Assembly (NCBI GenBank): GCA_038213805.1
Contig: JBBQSO010000007.1
Span: 9,127 to 73,126 of the forward strand
Direction: 5' to 3'
DNA length: 64,000 bases
DNA from: Planctomycetota bacterium
Lineage (GTDB): Bacteria; Planctomycetota; UBA11346
Both the position numbers and the translations under genes were made by a program. Positions 25,446 to 34,613 of this stretch are shown in pieces (the first letter of the stretch is position 1; every line of letters begins with the position of its first letter). A model generated the notes under the pieces. It saw nothing but the letters and a program-made list of their open reading frames with translations. It was not told where the DNA came from and searched no databases.

Positions 25446-28091
25446 ATGCGCATGCCATTCCTCCCCGTCGCACTCGCTCTGGCTGCCTGCGCGCCGCTGG
25501 CCGCCTCCGACGTGTTCGCAGATTTCGCCATCCCCGACCTGCTGCCGCTGGCCAAAAAACACAGCGTGATGAACACCGGCGCGATCAAGCTCAAGAGCCA
25601 CTACGACCGCGACCTAGGCAAGCTCGGCGAACTGAAGGCGGGCTCGCTGCGCCTCGACCTGTCGATCGGCAAGCGCGACGATGCGCCGATGTGGTGGGAC
25701 GTGGTCAATGGCCCGGATCCCGACCACCTTGGCTACAATTTCGCCAACGTTGACTGGCTGGATGGTGAACTGACCAAGCAGGACACCCTGCCCTACTGGG
25801 GCCTCGTCTATATCCCGATACCATTCCAGGATCCACGTCAGCCAGCGGACGACTGGCGCTTCCTCGATCCCGACCGCTTCAACTGGGACCGCTGGCAGGA
25901 GGCTTCACGCACCTTCGCGGGTCACGTGCGCGGCCTGCACCAGCATGGCTACCTCGAGGCGCTGAACGAGCCCGACCTGTACCTGCCGTGGATCACCGGA
26001 ACCGACACCGAAAACCTCAAGAAGGGATATTTCCTGCGCGTGCCCAACATGGACACCCAGCTTGAGCCGACCACCTTCCAGATGTACGTGCGCACGGCCA
26101 AGGGCTTCAAGGAGGGCGATCCGGACGCGGTCGTCGGCGGTCCGGCGCTGGCGGGCGCAGCGATGCAGTGGACGGGCCCGTTCCTCGACTATGTCGCGGG
26201 CAACCAGGCGCCGATCGACTTCTTCTCGTTCCACGTGATCAGCGGCGACGATCCGTTCAGCGTGGTCATCCCGCGCACCCAGGGCGTGCGCAATCAGCTC
26301 GCCGAACGCGGCTGGGCGCACTCGGTCGAGATCCACATGAACGAGTACAACGCCTACGGTCATCCCTGGGACCAGGACACCAACTCCAGCGACCTCGCCG
26401 TGCATGTCATCGAGAACTGCCACGACCTGCTCGGCCAGCACGACCTGACCGTGATCAGCTGGGCACAGGCGATGGACAACAGCCAGGTACAGGGCGCAGT
26501 GAACGGCGACCAGACCGCCGGCCTGATCGACTGGGAGGGCAACCGCCGGCGCGCCTTCAGCGCCTTCGCGATGTACGGCGACATCCCGATGCCGAGCTTT
26601 CGCAGCAGCGAAACTGGCAGCATCCACACCATGGCCGGCGCCGACGCGGGCAAGGCCGGCATCATCGTGTGGAACAGTGATGGCGCGCAGGCCAGCGACG
26701 TGACCGTGACCGCGCACCACATCCCCTTCGCGAACGCGGTGTTCCGCCTGGTGGTGATCGACCCGACCGGCACCGGCAACCCACAGGGCCTGAACCCGTC
26801 GGTGCAGGAGACCCAGGCGATCACCAATCCGATGTTCCGCATCGTGCACCTGCCGCCGCGTTCAGTCGCCTACCTGTCGTGGACCAGCACCACCGCACCA
26901 GCGCTGGCGGCGCCCGCAGGCCAGGTGGTGCGCGTCCACCACGACTACCCGAACCGCGCCACCCACTCGTGGGCGGAATACGACCGCCGCGCCTGGACCG
27001 CGTGCCTGGGCATGGACGACGCGAACGACCTGCAGATCGTCGGCACCACGGTGCGCGAGCTCGCAACCACGGTGCACGTGTCCTGCCGCACGGCCGGCGC
27101 GCCCGCCAGCGGCACGCTGGGCATGCGCATCGACTACCTGACCGGCGGCGGCTATACGAAGAGCGTGCTCTTCCACGGCGGCCTGGCCGCTGGCTTCACT
27201 CTCCCGTGGGGCAGCGGGCGCCCCGTCGACCAGAGCGTGGCGATCGCGCTCGGTGACGCCGACATCATTCCGGGCGATTTCGCACCGGCGGGCTGGCTCG
27301 GGCAGGCGGTGGTGACGTACGTGATGAACCATACTGGGAACGGCACGCGTGCGACCTTCGTGCTGAGCGCCGGTGGGTCGACGGGGACGGGAACAGGAAC
27401 GGGAACGGGAACGGGAACGGGAACGGGAACGGGAACGGGAACGGGAACGGGAACCGGAACCGGTACTGGCACAGGGACCGGGACGGGTCTGCCCACCGGA
27501 GGCAGCGGCGTCGGCCTGACCGGCCAGTACTTCGCCACGAGAGACCTGAGCGGCCCGGCGCTGACGCGCACCGACCCGGTGATCGATTTCACCTGGGACA
27601 CCACGCCACCCATCGCGGGCATCGGTCTGGCCGACTACAGCGTACGCTGGACCGGCACCATCCAGGCGCCGACCAGCGAGCCCTACACCTTCCACGCGTT
27701 CAGCGACGATGGCGTGCGCCTGACGGTCGACGGCCACCAGCTCATCGATCATTGGGTCGACCAGGGGGTGACGGAATCCACCGGCACCATCGCCCTGACC
27801 GCCGGGCACAGCTACGCCATCACCATGGAATACTACCAGCACGCTGGCGGCGCGACCGCGCGGCTGCTGTGGAGCACGCCCTCAAGTCCGACCGCCGCCG
27901 TGGTGCCCCAGTCGCGGCTCATTCCGGCGGCGGGTGGCGCAGCGGGGACGGGAACGGGTGGCGGTACTCCGGCGATCTCAAGCACGAACGGCAGCGGCTG
28001 CGGCTCAGGAATCGCGGCGGTGGTGCTGATGCTGAGCGCACTGTCGATGATACGCCTGCGCGGCGCGGGTGGGCGTCAGCCGCCGGAATGA
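25446..28091 (+). CDS. Secreted clan GH-A glycoside hydrolase (GH39/GH5-like) with (Gly-Thr)n linker, PA14 domain and Cys-Gly/TM/Arg C-terminal sorting-like tail
   Basis: ATG preceded by GAGG. Signal peptide MRMPFLPVALALAACAPLAA. LEALNEPDL motif (NEP acid/base of clan GH-A). A run of about 19 GT dipeptides. PA14 block (GQYFATRDLSGP...YTFHAFSDDGVRLTVDG...YAITMEYYQ). Ends GSGCGSGIAAVVLMLSALSMIRLRGAGGRQPPE. Confidence 0.8.
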   Translation: MRMPFLPVALALAACAPLAASDVFADFAIPDLLPLAKKHSVMNTGAIKLKSHYDRDLGKLGELKAGSLRLDLSIGKRDDAPMWWDVVNGPDPDHLGYNFANVDWLDGELTKQDTLPYWGLVYIPIPFQDPRQPADDWRFLDPDRFNWDRWQEASRTFAGHVRGLHQHGYLEALNEPDLYLPWITGTDTENLKKGYFLRVPNMDTQLEPTTFQMYVRTAKGFKEGDPDAVVGGPALAGAAMQWTGPFLDYVAGNQAPIDFFSFHVISGDDPFSVVIPRTQGVRNQLAERGWAHSVEIHMNEYNAYGHPWDQDTNSSDLAVHVIENCHDLLGQHDLTVISWAQAMDNSQVQGAVNGDQTAGLIDWEGNRRRAFSAFAMYGDIPMPSFRSSETGSIHTMAGADAGKAGIIVWNSDGAQASDVTVTAHHIPFANAVFRLVVIDPTGTGNPQGLNPSVQETQAITNPMFRIVHLPPRSVAYLSWTSTTAPALAAPAGQVVRVHHDYPNRATHSWAEYDRRAWTACLGMDDANDLQIVGTTVRELATTVHVSCRTAGAPASGTLGMRIDYLTGGGYTKSVLFHGGLAAGFTLPWGSGRPVDQSVAIALGDADIIPGDFAPAGWLGQAVVTYVMNHTGNGTRATFVLSAGGSTGTGTGTGTGTGTGTGTGTGTGTGTGTGTGTGTGTGLPTGGSGVGLTGQYFATRDLSGPALTRTDPVIDFTWDTTPPIAGIGLADYSVRWTGTIQAPTSEPYTFHAFSDDGVRLTVDGHQLIDHWVDQGVTESTGTIALTAGHSYAITMEYYQHAGGATARLLWSTPSSPTAAVVPQSRLIPAAGGAAGTGTGGGTPAISSTNGSGCGSGIAAVVLMLSALSMIRLRGAGGRQPPE
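27382..27487 (+). repeat. In-frame hexanucleotide repeat (GGGACG/GGAACG/GGAACC)n encoding a (Gly-Thr)n linker
   Basis: acggggacgggaacaggaacgggaacggga... runs for about 100 bp inside the GH-A/PA14 gene. Confidence 0.85.
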
Positions 28092-28245
28092 ACGGCGCTT
28101 GAAGCGCGACGCCGGGGATGACTGGGGTCGATGCGCGACGCAGCCGGCCGACACCTCCACCAGCCCACGCCTTGCATCCTTCCTGTTCCAGGCATTCTGC
28201 CCCGCATCGAGGGCTCTCCCATGCGGCTGTGGATGATGCTGGTGG

Positions 28246-29181
28246 GTGACCCTGGCCAGCACTTCGGTGCCGAATCCCGCGCTGACCACCGTCACCTACG
28301 ACCTGCGCGTGCTGACCGCGCCGCTCCATGACCGCAAAGGTCCCAACCTCGAACCGCCGGTGCCGCAGGGCTCGCACATCGGCCCACCCACCGAGCCCGA
28401 GAGCAAGCCGGAGATCAACGAGTTCATCGAACTCGTTCAGAAATTCGTCGCCCCCGAGGCGTGCAGAGGCGAAGGCGTCGCCATCAGCGAGTATAATGGC
28501 GCGGTGGTGGTGACCCAGGTTTCAGCAGTGCAGCAGCTGGTCCGAGCCGCCTTCGCGCAGCTGGAGCGGCGCCGCGCCACCCAGCTGGTCTGCCGTTTCT
28601 ACCGCTTGACCAAGCCACCCGCCGCCGCGGGCGCGACCCTGGACGCCGAGCAGTGGGCGGCCGTGGCCCCCACCGCGACGCTGGTCGAGGCCGCGCTCGC
28701 CCACCACGGTATGCGCCAACACATCGCCAGCGGCCACGAGCGGCTCTATGTCCAGGACCTGGACCTCAACCAGTTCGTCCACGTGCCGATCGTCGCCGCG
28801 CTCGGCACCGGCATCGACCTCGACCTGACCGCCACCGCCACCATCGCTGGCGTGCTGGTCGACCTGCGTCTGATGGCCACCGTCGACGCGCAGTGGCCGA
28901 TGCGCGAGGTCAGCGACGACCACGGCCAGGTCGTGGGGGTCATCACCACGCCACGCCTGACCACCGATACGTCGTCCGAAACCCGCCTCATCCCGCCCGG
29001 CGGCGCGGCCATCTCCCGCTGCGGGACACGCGCCTACGCGCTCACCTGCGAGGTGCTGAGCGACGCAGGCGGACACCCGTTCGGACCCTGGCACGCGGAT
29101 GGCACCATCGGCGACAAGCCCGCCCCGCCGGCGGACCCGGCGCCCACGCCGGCGGACGGTCGGTATCGGGGAATCCCGTGA
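28246..29181 (+). CDS. Hypothetical protein (no recognisable domain); GTG start as given by the ORF track
   Basis: GC3 is strongly biased toward G/C over all 311 codons, which is real coding signal. There are no TM helices or known motifs. Adjacent to an orphan receiver protein. Confidence 0.5.
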   Translation: MTLASTSVPNPALTTVTYDLRVLTAPLHDRKGPNLEPPVPQGSHIGPPTEPESKPEINEFIELVQKFVAPEACRGEGVAISEYNGAVVVTQVSAVQQLVRAAFAQLERRRATQLVCRFYRLTKPPAAAGATLDAEQWAAVAPTATLVEAALAHHGMRQHIASGHERLYVQDLDLNQFVHVPIVAALGTGIDLDLTATATIAGVLVDLRLMATVDAQWPMREVSDDHGQVVGVITTPRLTTDTSSETRLIPPGGAAISRCGTRAYALTCEVLSDAGGHPFGPWHADGTIGDKPAPPADPAPTPADGRYRGIP

Positions 29182-29212
29182 ACTTCTGAGGCGCGGCAGC
29201 GCCGCAGGCCCC

Positions 29213-29656
29213 CTACCCGCGGCTGTCCATGCTCTGCTCCGCACTGCGCGCCAACAGGTTGGCGAGTTGGAGGAAGCCGTCCCAGCTGCTCGGCTTGGTG
29301 AGGAAGTTGCGCGCCGGGATGAGGCCCTCGGAGAGCATGTCCTGGTATTCCGCCACCGACGCGAAGATGTAGACCGGGGTCTGGTCGAAGATGGGCTGCG
29401 CGCGCACGAAGCGCAGCAGTTGCGCACCGGTGACCACCGGCAGATGCGCGTCGAGGAGGATGCAGTGCGGTGGCGGGACGTCGCGGGCGCTGACCTTGAT
29501 CTGGAAATAGTGCAGGGCGTTGTCGCCCTTGTCGATCACCTGCAGGCGCAGGGAATGGCCGGTGACGCGCACGGCCTCTTCAAGCAGCGTCGCGTCGCCC
29601 GCGTTGTCTTCGACGTAGACGATGGTGGGCAGGTGGTCCGGCTTGATGGTGGTCAT
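29213..29656 (-). CDS. Single-domain response regulator (receiver only)
   Basis: IVYVEDNAGDATLLEE...CILLDAHLPVVTGAQLL...IFASVAEYQDM...TKP CheY-like layout. Confidence 0.75.
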   Translation of the reverse strand: MTTIKPDHLPTIVYVEDNAGDATLLEEAVRVTGHSLRLQVIDKGDNALHYFQIKVSARDVPPPHCILLDAHLPVVTGAQLLRFVRAQPIFDQTPVYIFASVAEYQDMLSEGLIPARNFLTKPSSWDGFLQLANLLARSAEQSMDSRG

Positions 29657-29941
29657 GGGCGCGAGAATCGCGGGGGGGCGTCAGGCACAGCGGAATAGTC
29701 GCGCACCTTCGGCGCGGTCAGTCACGCAGCGCGCCAGGGATTCCTGACAGAGCGGCGGGCCACTGCGCGTCCACCGGGTCACATCGACTCCCGCTGACCA
29801 AGTTGTCCTGGTCGGAATCGCGGTCGACCTTGACGCGCGCTGCGCCGGCGCCAAATCGCACGGAGGCTCGGAAGACTTTCCCGCAGTCTGCTTGCTAAAG
29901 TTTAGCTAAATATTAGATTCGGCCGCGGAAGACCTGCGCCA

Positions 29942-30781
29942 ATGACCTGCAACCGCCGTCACCCCACCCCCAGCGGACCACGCGCCGCCGCCCGCCTGGT
30001 GGTCTTCGACTTCGATGGCACGCTGTCCTGGTTGCGCCATGGCTGGCCGTGCATCATGACCGCGGTGATGCGCGAGCACCTGCCGGCCATTGCAGGCGAG
30101 GATGCGGTTGCGATCGACGCGCTGCTGACTGGCATCGTCCTGGGCATGAACGGGCACCCGACCATCATGCAGATGACGCGTTTCGCCGCGCTGGTGCAGG
30201 AGCGCGGCGGCCAGGTCCGCGCTCCCGAGGACCTGCGCGCGGAGTATCAGGCCCGCCTCGACACCGAGATCGCCGCGCGCGTGGCACGCATCCGCGGCGG
30301 CAGCGCGGCCACCGACGACTTCGTGGTGTGCGGCGCGCGGGCACTGTTGGAGCGCCTCGCGGCCAGCGGCGCTACCCTGGCGGTGCTGAGCAGCACGGTC
30401 GAGGAGCGCGTACGCGAAGAGGCCGGCATCCTCGGCTTAACCCGCTACTTCGGTGGCCGCATCCACGGCTGCGTCGGTGATCCCTCCACGTTCACCAAAC
30501 GCGCGGTGTTCGAGCGGCTACTGCGCGAGACCGGATGCTCAGGCGGTGAACTGCTGTCCTTCGGCGACGGCCCAGTCGAGATCGCCGAGACCAGGCGGCT
30601 TGGCGGCACCGCCATCGCGGTGTGCAGCGACGAGGACGACAACGGCTCCGGCATCTGCGACCCCTTCAAGCGTGAGCAGCTGCTGCGCGCCGGCGCGCAC
30701 GAAGCGATCGCGGACTTCCGCGACGCCGACGCGGCACTCGCCCGGCTCCAGCTGGTGGTGGCCGCGTCCGCGCGCGCCTGA
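29942..30781 (+). CDS. HAD-superfamily hydrolase (phosphatase-like)
   Basis: Motif I VVFDFDGTL, motif II AVLSST, motif IV SFGDGPVEI...SDEDD. Confidence 0.8.
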   Translation: MTCNRRHPTPSGPRAAARLVVFDFDGTLSWLRHGWPCIMTAVMREHLPAIAGEDAVAIDALLTGIVLGMNGHPTIMQMTRFAALVQERGGQVRAPEDLRAEYQARLDTEIAARVARIRGGSAATDDFVVCGARALLERLAASGATLAVLSSTVEERVREEAGILGLTRYFGGRIHGCVGDPSTFTKRAVFERLLRETGCSGGELLSFGDGPVEIAETRRLGGTAIAVCSDEDDNGSGICDPFKREQLLRAGAHEAIADFRDADAALARLQLVVAASARA

Positions 30782-30883
30782 TCCCCCTCCCATACCGAGC
30801 GACCGGACCCCCATGCCCCTCATCACCATCGCCACCGCGCTCATGGACATGTTGGCGGAGCCGGTACGGGAGCAGACGGTCGC

Positions 30884-31996
30884 ATGCCCATGACCACCCG
30901 ACCCCTCGACCTCAAGCGGTTGAAAGTCCTGCCGCTGGCGCAGCGCGCGAGTCTGACCAAGGCCGACGACATCCTGATCCAACCGGACGCGACTCCCAAG
31001 CCGCTGAACGCCCACCAGGATGCCCTCACCAGCGCCTGCGCGGCGCGCATCCGCGCGGCAGAGGTGCGCGGCGCCAGCATCATGCTGATCTACGGCGCGC
31101 ACCTGCTGCGCAACGGCGCCGCGCTGATCCTTGAGCGCATGATGGCGCAGGGTTGGGTCACCCACCTCGCCACCAACGGCGCCGGCACCATTCACGACTG
31201 GGAATACGCGTGGTTCGGCGCCAGCACCGAGAGCGTCGAGATGAACGTCGCCAGCGGCACCTTCGGCACGTGGCACGAGACCTCGACGTCGATCCACCTC
31301 GCGCTGATGGCGGGCGCGCTCGACGGGCTCGGCTATGGCCAGGCGCTCGGGCGCTTCATCTGCGACGACGGCGCCACCCTGCCCACCACCGCGTCGCTGG
31401 CCGCGGCGATCGCGGCGGAGCCCGGTCACCGTCTCACCCCGGCGCGCGCCGACCTGCTGCGCGCGATGACGGAATTCGGGATTCCCCCCGGCCCGTACCG
31501 CATGGAGCACCGCTGGAAACACGCCTCGATCGTGGCGTCGGCGTGGCGGCACGGCGTGGCCCTGACGGTGCATCCCGGCATCGGCTACGACATCATCGCC
31601 AACCATCCGATGTTCAACGGCGGCGTGATCGGGCGCGCGGCGGAATGGGACTTCGCGCTGTTCGGCGGCGCGCTCGACGGCCTCGACGGCGGCGTGGCGA
31701 TGTCGGTCGGCTCGGCGATCATGGGCCCGCAGGTGTTCGAGAAGTCGGCGAGCTGCGTCAACAACCTGCGCCTGCAGGACGGCCGCGGGCCGGTGCGCGA
31801 TCACGCGATCTTCGTCGTCGACCTGCAGGACGGCGGCGGGTGGGACTGGGAAAAAGGTGAACCGCCCAAGACCAACCCGGCCTATTACCTGCGCTTCTGC
31901 AAGAGCTACTCGCGCATGAACGGTGCCATGCAGTACCTCCAGTGCGACAACGCCGCGTTCATGCACAATCTCTACCGCAAGCTGGCAACGCCGTGA
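30884..31996 (+). CDS. Conserved hypothetical protein, 370 aa (no confident family; faint deoxyhypusine-synthase-like HLLRNGA stretch)
   Basis: High-GC3 ORF. Its stop overlaps the GTG start of the downstream sugar kinase (GTGA), implying translational coupling. Confidence 0.55.
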   Translation: MPMTTRPLDLKRLKVLPLAQRASLTKADDILIQPDATPKPLNAHQDALTSACAARIRAAEVRGASIMLIYGAHLLRNGAALILERMMAQGWVTHLATNGAGTIHDWEYAWFGASTESVEMNVASGTFGTWHETSTSIHLALMAGALDGLGYGQALGRFICDDGATLPTTASLAAAIAAEPGHRLTPARADLLRAMTEFGIPPGPYRMEHRWKHASIVASAWRHGVALTVHPGIGYDIIANHPMFNGGVIGRAAEWDFALFGGALDGLDGGVAMSVGSAIMGPQVFEKSASCVNNLRLQDGRGPVRDHAIFVVDLQDGGGWDWEKGEPPKTNPAYYLRFCKSYSRMNGAMQYLQCDNAAFMHNLYRKLATP

Positions 31997-33018
31997 CGCC
32001 GGACCGCCTGCGCGCGCTGACGGCGCGCTACGCCGATCTCGATCTCGCCATCGTCGGCGACTTCTGCCTCGACCGCTACCTGGAGATCGACCCGGCGCGC
32101 GCCGCGGTGTCGATCGAGACCGGCCTGCCGGTGCACAACGTGGTGGCGGTGCGCGCGCAGCCCGGCGGCGCCGGCACCGTGCTCGGCAACCTGGTCGCGC
32201 TGGGCGTGGGCACGCTACGCCTGGTCGGTTTCTGCGGCGACGACGGCGAGGGCTATGAATTGCGCCGCGCGCTGGGCGCCTTGCGCGGGGTCGCACTCGA
32301 CCACTTCATCACCACTTCGGCGCGGCGCACCTTCACCTACTGCAAGCCGATGGTCTACTCGCCCGGTGCCCCGCCGCGCGAACTCGAACGACTCGACTCG
32401 AAGAACTGGACGCCGACACCCGTCGACCTTGGCGCGATGTTGACGCGCTCGTTGCGCCAGCTCGCCGCCACCGCCGATGGCGTGATCGTCATGGATCAGG
32501 TCGACGCGGCCGGCACCGGCACGGTCAGCGCCGCGCTGCTCGACACGCTCGGCGCCTGCGCCGCCGCGCGCCCGCAGATGCCGGTGATCGCGGACTCGCG
32601 GCGCAGCCTGCGCGACTATCCGCCGGTGATCTTCAAGATGAACGCCGCCGAGCTTGCCGCCATGTCCGGGGGCGCGGGCCACCGCGGCCTGGACGACGTG
32701 AAAACCGCCGCGCGCGCCCTGGCGGACGCCAACGGCCAGCCGGTGTTCATCACCCTGGCCGAGCAGGGCATCGTCGGCGCCGCGCCCGGCGGCGCGCTGG
32801 AACATGTCCCCGCCCTGCCCCTGCGCGGACCCATCGACATCGTCGGCGCCGGCGACTCGGTCACCGCCAACCTGATCGCCGCGACGGCCGCCGGCGCCAC
32901 CCTGCGCGAGGCCATCGAACTCGCCATCCTCGCCTCGTCGCTGGTCATCCACCAGCTCGGCACCACCGGCACGGCCAGTGTGGACCAGATCGCGGAGCTG
33001 CTGCCGGCGCTGGGGTGA
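31993..33018 (+). CDS. PfkB-family carbohydrate kinase resembling the heptose-7-phosphate kinase domain of RfaE/HldE
   Basis: LAIVGDFCLDRYLEIDPARAAVSIETGLPVHNVVAVRAQPGGAGTVLGNLVALG matches the RfaE domain-I signature (GD-MLDRY...ISPEAPVPV...GGAANVA). C-terminal GAGD anion hole (DIVGAGDSVTANLIA). Confidence 0.8.
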   Translation: MTPDRLRALTARYADLDLAIVGDFCLDRYLEIDPARAAVSIETGLPVHNVVAVRAQPGGAGTVLGNLVALGVGTLRLVGFCGDDGEGYELRRALGALRGVALDHFITTSARRTFTYCKPMVYSPGAPPRELERLDSKNWTPTPVDLGAMLTRSLRQLAATADGVIVMDQVDAAGTGTVSAALLDTLGACAAARPQMPVIADSRRSLRDYPPVIFKMNAAELAAMSGGAGHRGLDDVKTAARALADANGQPVFITLAEQGIVGAAPGGALEHVPALPLRGPIDIVGAGDSVTANLIAATAAGATLREAIELAILASSLVIHQLGTTGTASVDQIAELLPALG

Positions 33019-33069
33019 GGCGCCACGCCGGACCTTGCCATCGCCGCGAAGGCCGATGCACTCGCAGCG

Positions 33070-33912
33070 ATGCCGGATGTCCCCACGCGCTTCGTGCTGT
33101 TCGCCTTCGGCGAGGAGCTGGCCGCCTACACCCAGGCGCACCTCGCCCTGCTGACCACGATGGCCAACGCGCCCGCGGGCTGTGAATTCGTGGTCGTCAC
33201 CACCCACCCACGGCATTTCCACTGGTTCGACGGGCGGCTGCGCTTGGTCGTGATCGACAACGCGCAGCTCACGGCCTGGAAGGGCCCCAGCGGGTTCTTC
33301 TGGCGCACCAAGATCGAGGCCATCCGCCACGCGGCCGCGCTCGGCCCGGCGCACATCGTCTACCTCGACTCCGACGTGCTCGCCACCGCCCCGCTTGCCG
33401 ACCTGTGCGCGGGCCTGGCGCAGGGCCGGGTCTACATGCACCAGCGCGAGTTCACCCTCGGCGGCACCCGCCGCCGGGGCCACCGCCCCCTGCGCCAGCT
33501 CATCCCGCGGACCCACGTCGGCACCACCGTGTCGCTGGACACTGAAATGTGGAACGCCGGCGTCGTCGCCGTCGGCGCTGCGCAGCACGGCCTGCTTGAC
33601 CGCGCCCTGGCGCTGTGCGACTCCTTCATCGCCGATGGCCAGCACACCTTGCACGAGCAGTTCGCCTTCAGCGTCGCCCTCGCCGGCACCGGCGCGCTAC
33701 ACGCCGCCGAGCCCTGGATCCTGCACTACTGGGGCAACAAACCCGGCTTCCAGGAGGCGATCAATGCCCAACTCGCCGCCATCTGGATCCGCCAGCTGAA
33801 CGTCGACCAGGCCATCGCCTTCGTCCAGGCCAACCCCATCCGCCGCCCGGTCTCAGTGCGCCGGCGCTGGTGGAACCGCTGGTTCAAGGGTCTGGCGGGC
33901 GTGGCGAGCTGA
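33070..33912 (+). CDS. Putative GT-A fold glycosyltransferase-like protein (DxD motif, GT8/nucleotide-diphospho-sugar transferase-like)
   Basis: IVYLDSDVLATAPLADL DxD block typical of GT8/GT-A enzymes. 280 aa with no signal peptide. Confidence 0.5.
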   Translation: MPDVPTRFVLFAFGEELAAYTQAHLALLTTMANAPAGCEFVVVTTHPRHFHWFDGRLRLVVIDNAQLTAWKGPSGFFWRTKIEAIRHAAALGPAHIVYLDSDVLATAPLADLCAGLAQGRVYMHQREFTLGGTRRRGHRPLRQLIPRTHVGTTVSLDTEMWNAGVVAVGAAQHGLLDRALALCDSFIADGQHTLHEQFAFSVALAGTGALHAAEPWILHYWGNKPGFQEAINAQLAAIWIRQLNVDQAIAFVQANPIRRPVSVRRRWWNRWFKGLAGVAS

Positions 33913-33970
33913 AGGATTTGAGGGAGTTCATTTACCTTTTCACGTCACCGGGTAGTTTCGCCGCAGCGCC

Positions 33971-34384
33971 ATGATCCACCGCCTTCCACTCCTGATCTGC
34001 GCGGTGCTGGTCGCCTTGGCCGCAGCACTGCCGAGTGGCCGTTGGTACCAGTGCCACATGGACGGAACCCTGCACGCGGCATGCTGTTGCCAGACCGCGC
34101 TGCCCGCCCTTCCTGATGCTGATCAATCCTGCACCGCCCATGACGGCGGCTGCTGCACCGTGATCATCCTTCCCGACCACCCGGATCAGCAGGTCGCCGC
34201 CACGCCGTGCGTTCCGGATGATGGGCTTGCCGTCATCGCTGCGCTCGACCTGCTCGGGGACGGCCCCGTCGTGCTCGACCTGTGCGACCGGAACCGCCGT
34301 TCCCTGGTCACACGTCGACCGTCGGCACCTCGCGAACCGTCGTCGCCGCAGCTTTTCCAGCGGTACTGCTCCTACGTGATTTGA
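33971..34384 (+). CDS. Small secreted Cys/His-rich protein (possible periplasmic metal-binding protein) upstream of the RND metal-efflux operon
   Basis: Signal peptide MIHRLPLLICAVLVALAAALP. The mature part contains QCHMDGTLHAACCCQTALP...SCTAHDGGCCTVIIL...TPCVPDD, which is 11 Cys plus several His in about 80 residues. Confidence 0.45.
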   Translation: MIHRLPLLICAVLVALAAALPSGRWYQCHMDGTLHAACCCQTALPALPDADQSCTAHDGGCCTVIILPDHPDQQVAATPCVPDDGLAVIAALDLLGDGPVVLDLCDRNRRSLVTRRPSAPREPSSPQLFQRYCSYVI

Positions 34385-34613
34385 CGGTCAATGGATGTGC
34401 CGGAGCGCCCAGTGGGCGCTTGGCCGCACCGTCTCTCCACACGGATCGCCCGGCTTCTTCCCGTAAGAGTCGTCGGCGCATCCCCCATCCGCAAACGGTT
34501 CGCCACCCGCCAAGCATCGGGCCTCGCGATCACATCACTGCCTGCGTGCAGGATGTGCGCTGCAGGTGTGCTCCGCATTGCGGCCAGATGGATCTCCCAG
34601 AAGGATTGCTCAC

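Noticed and set aside
31942-31992. ATG start of the sugar kinase 51 nt upstream, as given in the ORF track
   Set aside because: It would overlap the preceding gene by 54 nt. The in-frame GTG at 31993 overlaps the upstream stop (GTGA) in a classical coupling arrangement and still precedes the conserved GD-x-LDRY block. I am not certain of this choice.
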